Shown piece after piece: positions 24,318 through 36,144 of a DNA stretch of 64,000 nt. A program made the translations under genes and the position numbers. Position 1 is the first letter of the stretch; every line of letters starts with the position of its first letter. The notes below the pieces were generated by a model that did no database searches, had not been told where the DNA came from, and saw nothing but the letters and a program-made list of their open reading frames with translations. This DNA comes from Gonapodya sp. JEL0774 (lineage: Eukaryota), in the NCBI GenBank assembly GCA_027604505.1, contig JADIIX010000113.1:1-64000 (forward strand). The letters run 5' to 3'.

Positions 24318-27300
24318 ATGGCATCGACACAGACACAGACGCAGGGGGAGTCGCAGCCCATGACGCTGTACGACAAAATATGGAGAGATCACGTGATCAG
24401 CACGACAGAGGTGCGGTGAGGGGAGGGGGAGGGAAAGGGGGGAGAGGGGAGCGGATGGGGATGGGGATGGGAATGGATGGGGATGGACTGACACCCACGC
24501 TGTCCCCCACTCTCTCCCCTCCCCACTCCCGCTGACTCCCACTCCCTCCCACTCCATCCCACTCACTCCCACCCACCCACCCACCCACTCCCACTTCCCC
24601 CAATCCCACCCATGGCAGGACGGAACCTGTCTGATCTACATCGACAGACATCTGGTCCACGAGGTGAAAACTCCACTCGTCCCACTTTGATTCCGATGCT
24701 TCCTCTCCCTCACTCCCCTTCCCCTCCATTCCATTCCCTCCGCTCCCCCTTTTTTCTTCCTTTTTTCCCCTCCCCTCCTTCCCATCCCTCTCTCCCCTTT
24801 ACCCCTTCCTCCCATCCACACCTCTCTCCCTTCCTACCCTTCCACACTCCACCCCACACCACTCCCTCCTACCACCACATCCAAACCCCCCAAAAGGTCA
24901 CATCCCCTCAAGCTTGCGAAGGCCTCAGAAACGCAAACAGACGCGTCCGCCGTCCCGACAACACCCTCGCCACAGTCGACCACAACACCCCCACCGCCAG
25001 TCGCAAGGGCTACAAGAGTGTCGAGCAGTTTGTCTCCGAGCCGGATTCCAGACTCCAGTGTATGACCTTGGAGGAGAATGTCAAGGCGTTTGGGTTGACC
25101 TATTTTGGTTTGTCCGACAAGAGGCAGGGGATTGTACACGTCATTGGACCGGAGCAGGGGTTTACGGTGAGTGGCCCAGCGCGAGCGTCAGCGAGCGCCT
25201 CGCCCAAGCGTCAGCGACGGGCACAGTCCGCCGGAGGCGATTGAACCTTGCGGTCCATATGGGCCGGCGAGGCCCATATGGACCAATTGACCCTTTGACC
25301 CTTTGAGCCGTCCATGTGGGCCGACGAGGCCCATGTGGACCGATTGAACATTGAACCTCATGGTCATATGGACCTAATGGTCTTGTGGACTCTTGGACCT
25401 GACGGTCAAGTGGACTTTACGGTCATATGGACCTAATGGACTCTTGTAGACTCTTGGACCTGACGGTCTTATGGACTCTCATGTTTTGTGCTGACCCTCC
25501 CTTCACCCCCTCACCCCCCAACCCACCCCCACCTCCAGCTCCCCGGCACCACCGTGGTCTGCGGCGACTCCCACACGGCCACTCATGGCGCGTTCGGCGC
25601 CCTCGCCTTTGGCATCGGCACGTCCGAGGTGGAACACGTCCTGGCCACCCAAACGCTGTTGCAGAAGAAGAGCAAGAACATGAGGGTCAGAGTGAACGGG
25701 AAATTGGCGGCCGGCGTGACGAGTAAGGATGTGATCCTGCACGTCATTGCAGTGATTGGGACGGCGGGGGGGACAGGGTGTGTCATTGAGTATTGCGGAG
25801 AGGCTGTGGAGGCCATGAGTATGGAGGCGCGGTGAGTAGGCCCGAGCGGTCAGGCAAGCACAATCGAGCGTCAGCGAGATATGGGGCCGAGCCGACAGGC
25901 GAGGCCCTGTCGGTTCGTCAGCGAGGTAGACGCTCGACAGTCATTGTCGAGCGTCAGCGAGAGAGTCCATATCTGGCCCGAAGCCATAAGGACTATTTGA
26001 CCTGATAGTCATGTATACCATATTGACCTCGACTTTTTCTCATCCCCCCAGCATGTCCATGTGCAACATGTCCATCGAAGCCGGCGCCCGGGCCGGTCTG
26101 GTGGCCCCCGACGCCACCACCTACTCCTACCTCCTGAACCGCCCGCTCTCCCCCCGCGAGCCCCTGTGGTCCCGCGCCGTGTCCTACTGGTCCACGCTGC
26201 GATCCGACCCGGGCGCCCGGTACGACGTGGAGATCGAGATCGATGGCGCGGCCATACCGCCAACCGTGACGTGGGGGACCAGCCCGGAGGATGCCGTGGC
26301 CGTGACGGGTTCGGTGCCGGATCCGGAGGCGTGTGCGGATCCGGCGAAGAGGGCGGGCATGGAGAGGGCGTTGAAGGTGGGTTGAAGTTGGGGCGGCGGC
26401 GGTAGGGGTGGGGGGGCGGGGAAGGGTGGAGGGTACCGTGTTGCTTTGTGGGATGCGCAGGCGTGGCGGGGTGTTGGGCGGATAGGGCAATCGGTGTCGT
26501 TGGCAGGGGGTTGGGCACACACGACGCTGGGAGCGTGTCGCAGCACATCGCATATCGCTCTCACACTCTCCACATCCCCTTTCCCCTCTCTTGCCCTCCC
26601 CCCTCCCCCGGCAGTACATGGCCCTCAACCCCGGCACCCCCATCAACTCCATCCCCATCGACAAGGTCTTCATCGGCTCGTGCACAAACTCGCGGATCGA
26701 GGATCTCCGTGCGGCGGCGGAGGTGGCGAGGGGGAGGAAGGTGGCGGGGAACGTGTACGCCATGGTGGTGCCGGTGAGTCTGTGTGCCGGGGGGGGGAGG
26801 GCGTTAGGGGCGTTGCAGGGGGATGAAAGGATTTAAATGGTTTGATGCTGATGCTTGTGTGCTTTTTGGACGTTTGCCCCTGTCCCCCTTCTGGACCCCA
26901 CCGAACCCGTTTCCCTCACCACCCAACCCCCCCACTCAACCCACAGGGTTCCGGCCTCGTCAAGAAGCAAGCCGAAGCCGAGGGCCTTGCCCAAATCTTC
27001 ATCGACGCCGGCTTCGACTGGCGTGAAGCCGGCTGCTCCATGTGTCTGGGCATGAACGAGGACCAGCTCAAACCGGGCGAACGGTGCGCCTCCACGTCCA
27101 ACCGCAACTTTGAAGGCCGCCAGGGCGCGGGTGGGCGGACCCACCTGTGCAGCCCGGCCATGGCCGCGGCGGCAGCCGTGACGGGCAAGTTGACTGACGT
27201 GAGGGAGCTCATGGGGCAGAGGTCGGACAAGGAGGCCACGGTGGTGGAAGCGGGGGCGGCGGCGGGCGTCGCCAAGGACCCGTTGTCGTTTATGGACCCC

Positions 27301-28080
27301 GAAGATTTCGCGACGGTGCCGCCGGCGCCCGAGTTGCCGCCTGTGGATGCCGGGAGCGGTGGTGTGTCGGCGGGCATGCCAAAGTTCACGGTCCTCAAGG
27401 GGATCGCGGCGCCCCTCAACATGGCCAACATCGACACGGACAAGATTATCCCCAAGCAGTTCCTCAAGACCATCAAGAGGACCGGACTGGGCTCGGCCCT
27501 GTTTTACCCGATCCGGTACAACCCCGACGGAACCGAGGTGGCCGACTTTGTCCTGAACCGCGAGCCGTACCGGAAAGCCGCCATCTTGGTCAGCGGGGAC
27601 AACTTTGGCTGCGGATCGTCGAGGGAGCACGCGCCGTGGGCCTTGTCCGACTTTGGGATCCGGTGCATCGTGGCGCCGAGCTTCGCGGACATTTTTTACA
27701 ACAACTGTTTCAAAAACGGGATGCTGCCCATACCCTTTGCGGATGCGGAGAAGCACGCGGAGCTGTTGAAAGATGCCGAGGCCGGGCTAGAGATTGAGGT
27801 GGATTTGCCCGCGCAGGAGATCAGGAGGAGTAACGGGCAGGTCTACAAGTTCGACGTCGAGGAGTTCCGCAAGTACTGCTTGGTCAACGGGTTGGACGAT
27901 ATTGGTCTGACCCTGCAAAAGGAGGACCTCATCCGCAAGTTTGAGGAGGAACGCAGCAAAAACTTCCCCTGGTTGGACGGCCCGGGATACAAGGAGGGCC
28001 GCACGGGGCCCGTGAAGATCAACGCGGAGAAGAAACCACTGGTCCCTGCAACTGCTCAGCAGGTGAAGAATGATTGGTAG
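24318..28080 (+). CDS. LEU1: 3-isopropylmalate dehydratase (fungal fused LeuC-LeuD); exons 24318-24410, 24619-24663, 24897-25166, 25539-25831, 26052-26376, 26615-26773, 26947-28080
   Basis: [95 protein letters not shown]; all introns GT-AG and frame-consistent. Confidence 0.97.
25167..25538 (+). repeat. LEU1 intron 3: inverted-repeat hairpins and GGAC/GTCC-rich tandem repeats
   Basis: Perfect 14-bp stem ggtccatatgggcc/ggcccatatggacc (25252-25284); related stem at 25310-25340; repeated ggtcatatggacctaatgg..ctcttggacctgacggtc at about 25362 and 25421. Confidence 0.85.
25832..26051 (+). repeat. LEU1 intron 4: GC-rich hairpin cluster with repeated GCGTCAGCGA
   Basis: Stems cgagccgacagg/cctgtcggttcg (25888-25917) and gacgctcgaca/tgtcgagcgtc (25929-25955). 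Confidence 0.8.
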
Positions 28081-28251
28081 AGAGTGGTTTGGGACGGGGA
28101 AAGGGTTGCGGACCGCGGGTCGGGGACACTTTATGCTTGTCAGGGGACGAATTGTAATTGCATGAGACTAAGAAAAAATTTGGTTCGAATTGTCGCCCCA
28201 CAATATTGAACAAAAGCTTCTGGTCGTCTGCAGCATAGTAGGTGCCGACCT

Positions 28252-31200
28252 CTACAGCTTTGTATCCTTCCCGTTTGCAGCTGCCCACTCGTCGCCCTTG
28301 AGAACCTATGAATAAACATTGCGTCAAACGACAACGCGAGTCACAAGCAAAACGAGGTACGCATTGTGTATGGTGTCGTAACGAACCTTCCATAGCCATT
28401 CCCATCCCATCGCACTCATGAACGCTGACTGCTTGTTGTCTGCCGCCCCGCCATGACCACCCTCCTGCAAGAAAGGGGCCAATTGGGTCGTTCAGAGACT
28501 GGCGCACTGAAGTCCTTACATCCATGCACAACATACTCACAATGTTCTCGTAGTACATGGCGCCGTCGAATCTGTTTTGCGGTGCCAAAATCATCCGCAC
28601 AGTGTCAGTCGCCCGCCGGCATTCCGCTTCCCTTCTCCGCTGAGACCGCACTCACCCCTCCTTCACACCCCTCTCATTCAACATCCTCGCGACCATTTTT
28701 CTGGCGTGGGCTGGGTGTACGCGATCATCCCTGGTGGAGGTGTAGAACAGGATTGGTGGGTGGGTCTTGTGCTTCTCGGTGAGGTGGTAGGGGCTAAAGG
28801 ACTCGATGAAAGACCAGTCCGAGGTGTCGGGGTTGCCGTATCTAGACGAATGGAACCTTGATGTGAGTACGTAGATCTACGACGCAATCCCATTCACGGA
28901 GCCGGCCCCATCCCAACAATTGTTACAAAGACCCACTCGGCCATCCAACTTGCACCCGCAAGCAGCTTGCTGAACCTCCTCATATCCAACAGTGGTACCT
29001 GACACACCACTGCGCCGAAATTCTCTCCGTATGTGGTGTACATGTTTCCCACGAGTAGTCCTCCGTTGGAACCGCCCATGCAGCCGAGATACTTGGGGCT
29101 GGTGACGCCCCGGCGAACGAGATCTTTGGCAACAGACGTAAAATCTTCGTAGGCCAAGTGACGGTGGGATTTTAGGGCGGCTTGGTGCCAGGTGGGACCG
29201 AATTCGCCGCCGCCACGGATGTTGGCAACCACATCTGGGGTGATGGGGTGGAAAGGTGGAGCAAATTCGGTAATAAGATTATTATGAAAGAATAGGCATC
29301 CGTCACGAGAGTGGAACTCAGTTCTACATCGATCAAGCGTTTCAATATGAGATTTTCGGTACTCACAAACTCCCCCTCTTTCCAGCCACGCCGAGCCCGT
29401 GGTAGCCTGGTAGCCTGGAACCATCGGGATCTACGCCGTCGTCGTCGTGGTCGATTTGTATTGAGTTCCCCATTTTGTTGAGAGTGGGTCATTATTGGTG
29501 TTCCCAGAGCGGGCCAAACGCACAAGGTCAATAGACACCTCAGAACACCACATCCAACACATCCAAATCGCAACTCACCTCAAACCCTCCATACCCATAC
29601 AGCAGCGTCCTATTTTGCCCGTCCAACTTCAGTCCAGTCCTGCTCACTTGGAAATACGGCACCACCGTGCCATCGTCACTCTTACACTCATACTGGGCCA
29701 CTTCCAGTCCTTCAGAGTTGAAGAACCCGGGCGTTTGCTTTAACTTCTCCGCAGGCGGTGCGTCTGGTGATACCGAAGTGAGGTACATGGAGGACGGGGT
29801 GAGGTAGCCGGCAACAGTGAGGAACACGGCGTCGTCGTGTTCGGGATCAACGGGTGAGACGGATACGGTGGTGAAGGCGGGGAAGCCCGTCAGTTCGCGA
29901 CGTGTCCAGCTAGGGGTGGAGGCAGGGTTTGTCGACGTTGGAGGTTCAGGGGTGAGTACATATACTCGGTTTCGGACGTTGTCGAGCTCGTTGACGGTGA
30001 TGTGGTTGCGAGTCGGTGAGAACCCAGCGAGTGATTTTCGGGGTGTTGGGGTGAAGAGAGCCTCAAGGTTTGGTGGCTTGGGAGGGTGGGATCCGGCCGA
30101 CGGCGCGGCGACAGCCTTGGAGTACGCCAAAAAGGCGTCAAAGTTGGTGACGAGGAGACTCCCGGCCAAATGCTTTTTGCCGTCCAGCTCCCAGTCGGAC
30201 CTGAGTTCGAACAACAAGTACTCCCGGTGCGCGGTGATTTCGGCGTCATCCTGCTTGGCGAATTTCACAAGCGCGCCCGACTTCGAGTCCCTGTAGTACG
30301 TGTCGTTGGTCCAAAACGTAACGCCACGCTGGACAAAATCCCTTTCAAACCCTGGTTCCAAGTCAGAATACGCGGCAACGGACACGTCGCCCGTTTCACC
30401 AGCGTAAACCGGCTCAGCTTCCGCGAGTGGAGTGTTGCGCCGCCAAAGTTTGATGACGCGCGGGTACCCCGAGTCAGTGAGGGAAGTGGTCTCTTCACCG
30501 GGGAACACGGTGCCGACAAACAGGGAATCCCCCCCTGGGCGCCAATAGACGCGGTTCTTGGCTTCGGGAAGAGTGAACCCTCCTTCCGAAGCTGGTATAA
30601 AACGCTTGCGCACGACGTCAAACTCCCGCATGACGTTTGCGTCGGCCCCACCTCGACTGAGGTAGACCAAGGCACGCTCGTTGGCGGGCTCCAGGAAGTG
30701 GGAGCCAGCCCAGACCCAGTTTTCGCCTTCATCCTTACCCAGCTGATCCAAGTCCAGGACGGTTTCCCATTGAGGTGAGTCTTTACGGTATTCGTCCAGA
30801 GTCGTGCGGCGCCAAAGACCACGAGGGTTCGAGGCATCTTTCCAGAGATTGTAGTACCACTGGTTGGTTGCGGTGGCGTGTTTGACTATGGCAGGAATTT
30901 TGTCCTTGGAGTCTAGTGTGCGATGGTAGTGTGGTGGTTAAATGACAAGTCGGAGAGGATCAGTTGAGAATGAGCCCATCAGTGCGGAGAACCCTTCATG
31001 GAAATCCTGGCATCTCCTATTAAATTGTCGGAGCACATCCTTCCATATCTTTTAAATCTTGGGAATAGAAAGTGGCTGGTGTAGTGCCCCTCATCTGGCC
31101 TCTTTTAATTCGTTGTTGGCAAGTCAATCATCCTTCCTGGGATTCATTCAATACTCTGCTCCCTTCCATCCGGCACTCCCCACCAGCACAAACAAGCAAC

Positions 31201-31691
31201 ACACACGAGAGAAGAAACTCACCTAAAATCTTCAGTATTCTCTCCTGCAATGGCGCGAAATTGCTCAACCCCGCCATGAGTCCAGTGGATACAGAGTTTC
31301 GCTCCCGGACCCATGCCAGGGGCTTCTCGCCAGTGACCTCCTCCAAATACAACCAAGGATCTTCGGGTGCGGGGGGTACGACGGGGTCAGTCACGGTAGA
31401 TGGCGATGAGGATTCGGCTGAAGCCATGGTTGGGATTGAGACTGAAATTGAGGATGGGACAGAAGAAGAGAACAGACGAAAATGCGAGGAAGAAAGTGAC
31501 GAGGCTGGACTAGGCGACAGCCAATGGCGACTGAATTTGAGTTGGTTTGTACGAGTTGTCTTGGCGGGGAGACCAACAACAGACGACTGAAAGAACAGAT
31601 GGGTTGAGAGGGGGCACAGACGTGGCAAAGCAGACGCTTTAGTTGGATTCAATCGATTCTGAAAAATCGACTGCAAAGGGCGAATGCGCAT
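28252..31691 (-). CDS. Prolyl oligopeptidase (S9A), spliced; possible mitochondrial presequence
   Basis: EDPWLYLEEVTGE, LLYGYGGFE, NIRGGGEFG, GGSNGGLL (catalytic Ser), DDRVHP (Asp), YYENI|EGGHG (His); alternative ATG at 31427; last exon ends GKDTKL*. Confidence 0.93.
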
Positions 31692-32486
31692 AAAACTTTG
31701 TTCGGGTCGGCAGTCTTGTTGCGTGGAACCCGTGGACACAGAGACTTGCTTTGGTCCCACTCCTCCTACATTCTGACGTCAGAAATTGGCCAGAAAGCCT
31801 TTCGGTTGGCCATTGTCGAAGGCTGGATGGACTTACCAGCCCAAGTGGCCCGACACACGGAAACGAGCAAAGAGACCAAGTGCGACAGTGTGTTGTGGAG
31901 TAACACCACAGTCCCGTCCGTCAAACGGGTATCTCAGGTGTATTGTCGGAACAAGTTCTTGGCCACCTAGTGAGGGTAGTTGCAGATGAACAGTTCACGC
32001 GAACCCCAGTACATCTCACGGATTTTGGGAGTCAGTGTTTCGAGTTCGCAACACATTCGGTAGTCCCCATACCTCAGCCGCAACATACCAAAATAAATTT
32101 TACGCTAGTTTCAATGCACCAAACGGATAACCAAGCTACCTGGGCTTCTGGGTGTGCTTCTCACCAAATCACAACCCTTCAGTTGTCTTGCTTTCATTTG
32201 GGGGTTAACTGTACATACACAAAACTCTTGTCTCGCGACCATTTCATTTCAGTCAGTGGAAGTTCTTCTCCTCTTCGCAAGCGCGACGTCATATTTTGTT
32301 GTAAAGTGCTGCACAGTCGCCCCACAATCCTCCACAATGTTCATTCCAGTGACAGTGAACCAGATTCTATATTTTCAAAATCGATTGAGATGAGTAAATA
32401 CGGTAATTTGCGTCTCCGACACATATGTACACCACTCCATTTTGAGTGTATTGTTCTGAGCACGTCTTTCTTCTATCACTCAAGTC

Positions 32487-35400
32487 CTACTCCGTGTCCG
32501 TCTGCCATATCCTCACAATCCCGTCCGTTCCGGCTACGACAATGTACCCATCGTCGAACGCCACACCAGTCACAGCCTTTGGCGCTGCGTTCTCGGCAGC
32601 AGAAGTACCGTCACCGTCAGGTGGCTCTTGCTCTAAACTGTCGCCGCTTGGGAACGATCCTCCCGACGGTGGCTGCGGCGTGGGGTGAGGGGTGGACGGT
32701 TTGGCCGGCGTGAGAGACAGAGAGTAGATCTCTGTTCCAAGTCGGTGGTTCCATATCTTCACAGTCCCTGTCGAAAACACGAACAGGTACGATAGCTTGG
32801 TCCAAATCACTTTCACCCCGGCACGAGGCACACTCACCTTCGCTCCCTCCGGCCATCAATCGCCACTCATCTGCCGAAACAGTCAGTGCCCACGTGCTCA
32901 TACCGTGCACCGCGCGGTGCCGGTGCTGTAGCCGCCGAGTTTGAACAGGACTGCTCGGGCTGGCCGACGGACTGGACAGAGAGTTGAGGGTAGATCCATC
33001 GGGGCTTCCACTCATCGAACCAGATTGTGGGGATTGACTCTCTTCCGCTCCACTGGACTGAGCGGTATCCGTACCGGACTGGAACCATTGGCTTCTTCCT
33101 GACACTCGTTCCACCGGCTCATCCTCGCTGTCCTCACTGTAGTCACCGTTGTCGTCACCCTTCTTGCCTTCTTTTCTCTTCTCCCGGAACAAGTCGTATA
33201 CTCCCGCAACCTTCATACCACCTTCGACCTGCAGCCACCTCCGCAGAGCTTCGAAGACCGCCGTCTGGGGGAACCCGGGAGCGCTGATTTTGGGAGGTAT
33301 CGGAGCAACTGTGTACATAAATACATGGCCGGAGAGAGTGGAAATAACAAGCCGCGTAGGGCTGAGGCGGAGGGATGAGATTGGGGATTGGACTGGTGAA
33401 ACCGCTGATCCAGTGCTCGCAGGGAGGACGTTACCCCTCTCAGGGCCAGTGGAAGGAGCAACCGCGGTAATAGGACTGGGTTCAAAAGTATGCAGAAGGT
33501 TACCGCTGTTCCAGCATGGGATCATATGGTTTGAGTGCAAGTTCGAAAGTACCGCAAACCCTTAACCGACCACTCACCTGGCAAGCTGCCACACTCGCAC
33601 AACGCCGTCACCACTTCCACTCACCAAAAGCACATGTGTGAAATCGAGACACTTGACACCCGCAGTGTGACCGTGCAGCGTGCGCAGACACGTGGGCGGT
33701 CCAACGTTGACCAAGGACACCTGGTGTGGAGGTGGGGCAGGGGGTCGTTTCGAGGAGAGTGTGGTTGATGATGTTGTTGGAGGAGGGAATTGCCAGATTT
33801 TGATGGTCTGTGGAATGGTAGAGTCGGTGGGTGGTTGATGAACAATCGAATGAATCCACAGGTGAGCTGCGAGCGCACCATCCTTTTCATATACAAGATG
33901 AGGGCATACCCACTTTATCTGCACTGCCAGTCACCAAGATGGTACCCGTAAACTTCAAGCAATTTACAGTACTCTTGTGGGCAGCTGGCACTGAGTAGAC
34001 CTCCGCGCCAGACAGCACACTCCAAACCTTTACAGCTCCATCGGCACCTCCAGAAACCAGTTTACCCTCATCAAACTGAGCACAGAATACTGCCTCCTCG
34101 TGACCCTTGAACTCCTTCAACAGGCGGCCGCTGGACACGTCCCAGCTCCGAAGCACCTTGTCCGCTCCACCCGTGACAACAGTGCGGCCGTCAAAGTGAC
34201 ACGTGAGAATTGCGAGGTCGGACGCGTGAACAGTGCGCCGGCGGAAGCGGCCCCGCACCCAGTTGGAGAGGTGAAGCAGGCGGCGGGCGTTCAGGAGAAC
34301 AGGTACGCTGGGAGGATCATCAGGGATATACACTTTTAGCTTCTCTGTAACAGCAAAACGTTACGTGACTGTGATGAAACCTGCCTGGCGACGTGGTAGA
34401 GATCCGCCATGGCTCGCAGCCCAATGGAGGCGTACAATGTCCTCCACAACTCCTGATCCCGGACAAGCTCCGCATGTTTCCTCGATGCCGCTACAACTGT
34501 GCACAAGTCCCGTGGGTGGACATGCGTCAGAATACGCTGCGCCAGATGCGGTGGTAGAACCCCCAGAAAATCCCGGTGCAGTTTCGGCAGCTGGTCGTTG
34601 ATGAAGAGGAAGTCAAGAGGGTCGCATTGGCGGAGAATCAACGTGAGAGCGCGATGGCGGGCTTGTAGGCTCATGTGAGGGAAGCGCTGGTAAAACCTGT
34701 AGGAGAGGGAGAAGTCTTGGTCGTCTTGGGAAAGGCCGAGTGCAGACAAGGGGTGAGCTTGAGATGACGTTAACGGTGGAGAAGATGTGTTCGGCAAGTC
34801 AGCGCCAGAGTGCGAGCGGGGTGCTGAGCTGAAATCGAGTTGACGTCCATTGACGTCTCGGCTCGCGCCTCCCGCAGATGGCCCATTCTGGCCCGCACGC
34901 ATGGCAGCTGGTGATTTCGACCAGCTTACTGCGTCCTTATCTTTGTCTTTGCTTCCACGGCTCCCACTAGTTCGTTCAGTACGGAGGTTGAGCGGAACCA
35001 CACTGGGTCTCCGATTCATTTCGGCGGGGAGAGACACGGATTTAGGGGATTGAGCACGATGCTTCGCTTGAGATCCGGTAGAGGTGCCGCCTGGTTTTCC
35101 CGGGTTGCCCGATGTTGCGGCAGGGTTGGTGGAGGGTGGTGGCAACGCAAAGTTGACTCGAGAAGACCGTCTCCCCTGGCCTGGACCTGTAGGTTTACCA
35201 GCACCAGCACCAATTCCTCCGCCTGCACCATTGGCACTGTTTACAGTATTAACACCGCCAATAGCTCTCCGTTGAGCGATTTGGGAGGTTTCAGCAACAG
35301 GTGGAGGGTCACTGCCAAATTTTTCCGGTCGGTCCACCTTCAGTCCTCCCTGCCCAGCAGTAGCCGAGCTCCCTACATGAACATAAGCCTGTCCGCGTGG

Positions 35401-35628
35401 TATGGTCGAAGCATCGTCTGAGGAAACAGTGAGAGTAACCAGCGCCGAACGAGAGGAAACTCGTCTAAGTGTTCCGCCATTGTTCTGGGGCAATTGCTGG
35501 TTGATTTGACTCGACAGTTCACGCTGTTTTCTATTCGAATGTTCAAGCTCAGATTCAGGCAGCGATGGAAGGTCGGGGGAAGTGGGTATCCCCTGTTTCC
35601 CCTGTTCCAGAGAGACGATATCCGACAT
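32487..35628 (-). CDS. F-box/WD40 repeat protein (Cdc4/Met30/beta-TrCP-like SCF substrate receptor)
   Basis: F-box RDFLGVLPPHLAQRILTHV..WRTL; WD repeats VVTGGADKVLRSWD, GHEEAVFC..LVSGGADGAVKVW, GHTAGVKCLDF..VSGSGDGVVRVW. Confidence 0.9.
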
Positions 35629-36144
35629 ATATTCTTTATAGAAACTTTTGAGACGTTCGTTTGAGACTGTGGGATCTTTGTCTGTGACTGCAAGCGAATG
35701 AAACGGGGGAGCTTTTGTGTTGGGAGGTTTTGGGTGATGAGAATGCCGGGTTTGGGTTTCAAAAGGTTCTTACAGATGTCTTCTACATCAATCAAACAGT
35801 ACAACAACTAATATTGAAGTTGTGCGTCACCAAGTACGAGGTAAGTAAGTTGGAAGGAGTGAGTATCCGCTCAAGCTCCAACGCACCGGCCTTGCTTGGA
35901 GCAAATGCACTAACAGGGAACACCCGGCTTATTGCTGGTGTAATGCAGTGTGTTGGGAACATAATGTGAAGTTTGATGAAGTGAGGGTGTGGGCCTTCCT
36001 TGATTCGGGCGAACCAAAATTGCCGGTGCTCCCACACCATCCATATTGAATATGATCACCCGCCTGTTTAAATCCGATCACCCGCCCTGTTTACATATTT
36101 AAATCCAAGATTCATGATCCCCAGCACACGTCAGCTTTGAGTTC

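Noticed and set aside
25252..25480. Repeat-spacer-like pattern suggesting a CRISPR array
   Set aside because: The repeats are degenerate, have no unique regular spacers, lie in a eukaryotic intron and have no cas genes nearby
26833..27756. Long antisense ORFs (also 12363..13049, 30086..30778, 21507..22211)
   Set aside because: Shadow ORFs of GC-rich sense genes with no independent motifs
28181..28200. GGTTCGAAT T-loop-like motif suggesting a tRNA
   Set aside because: No cloverleaf stems or A-box can be built around it
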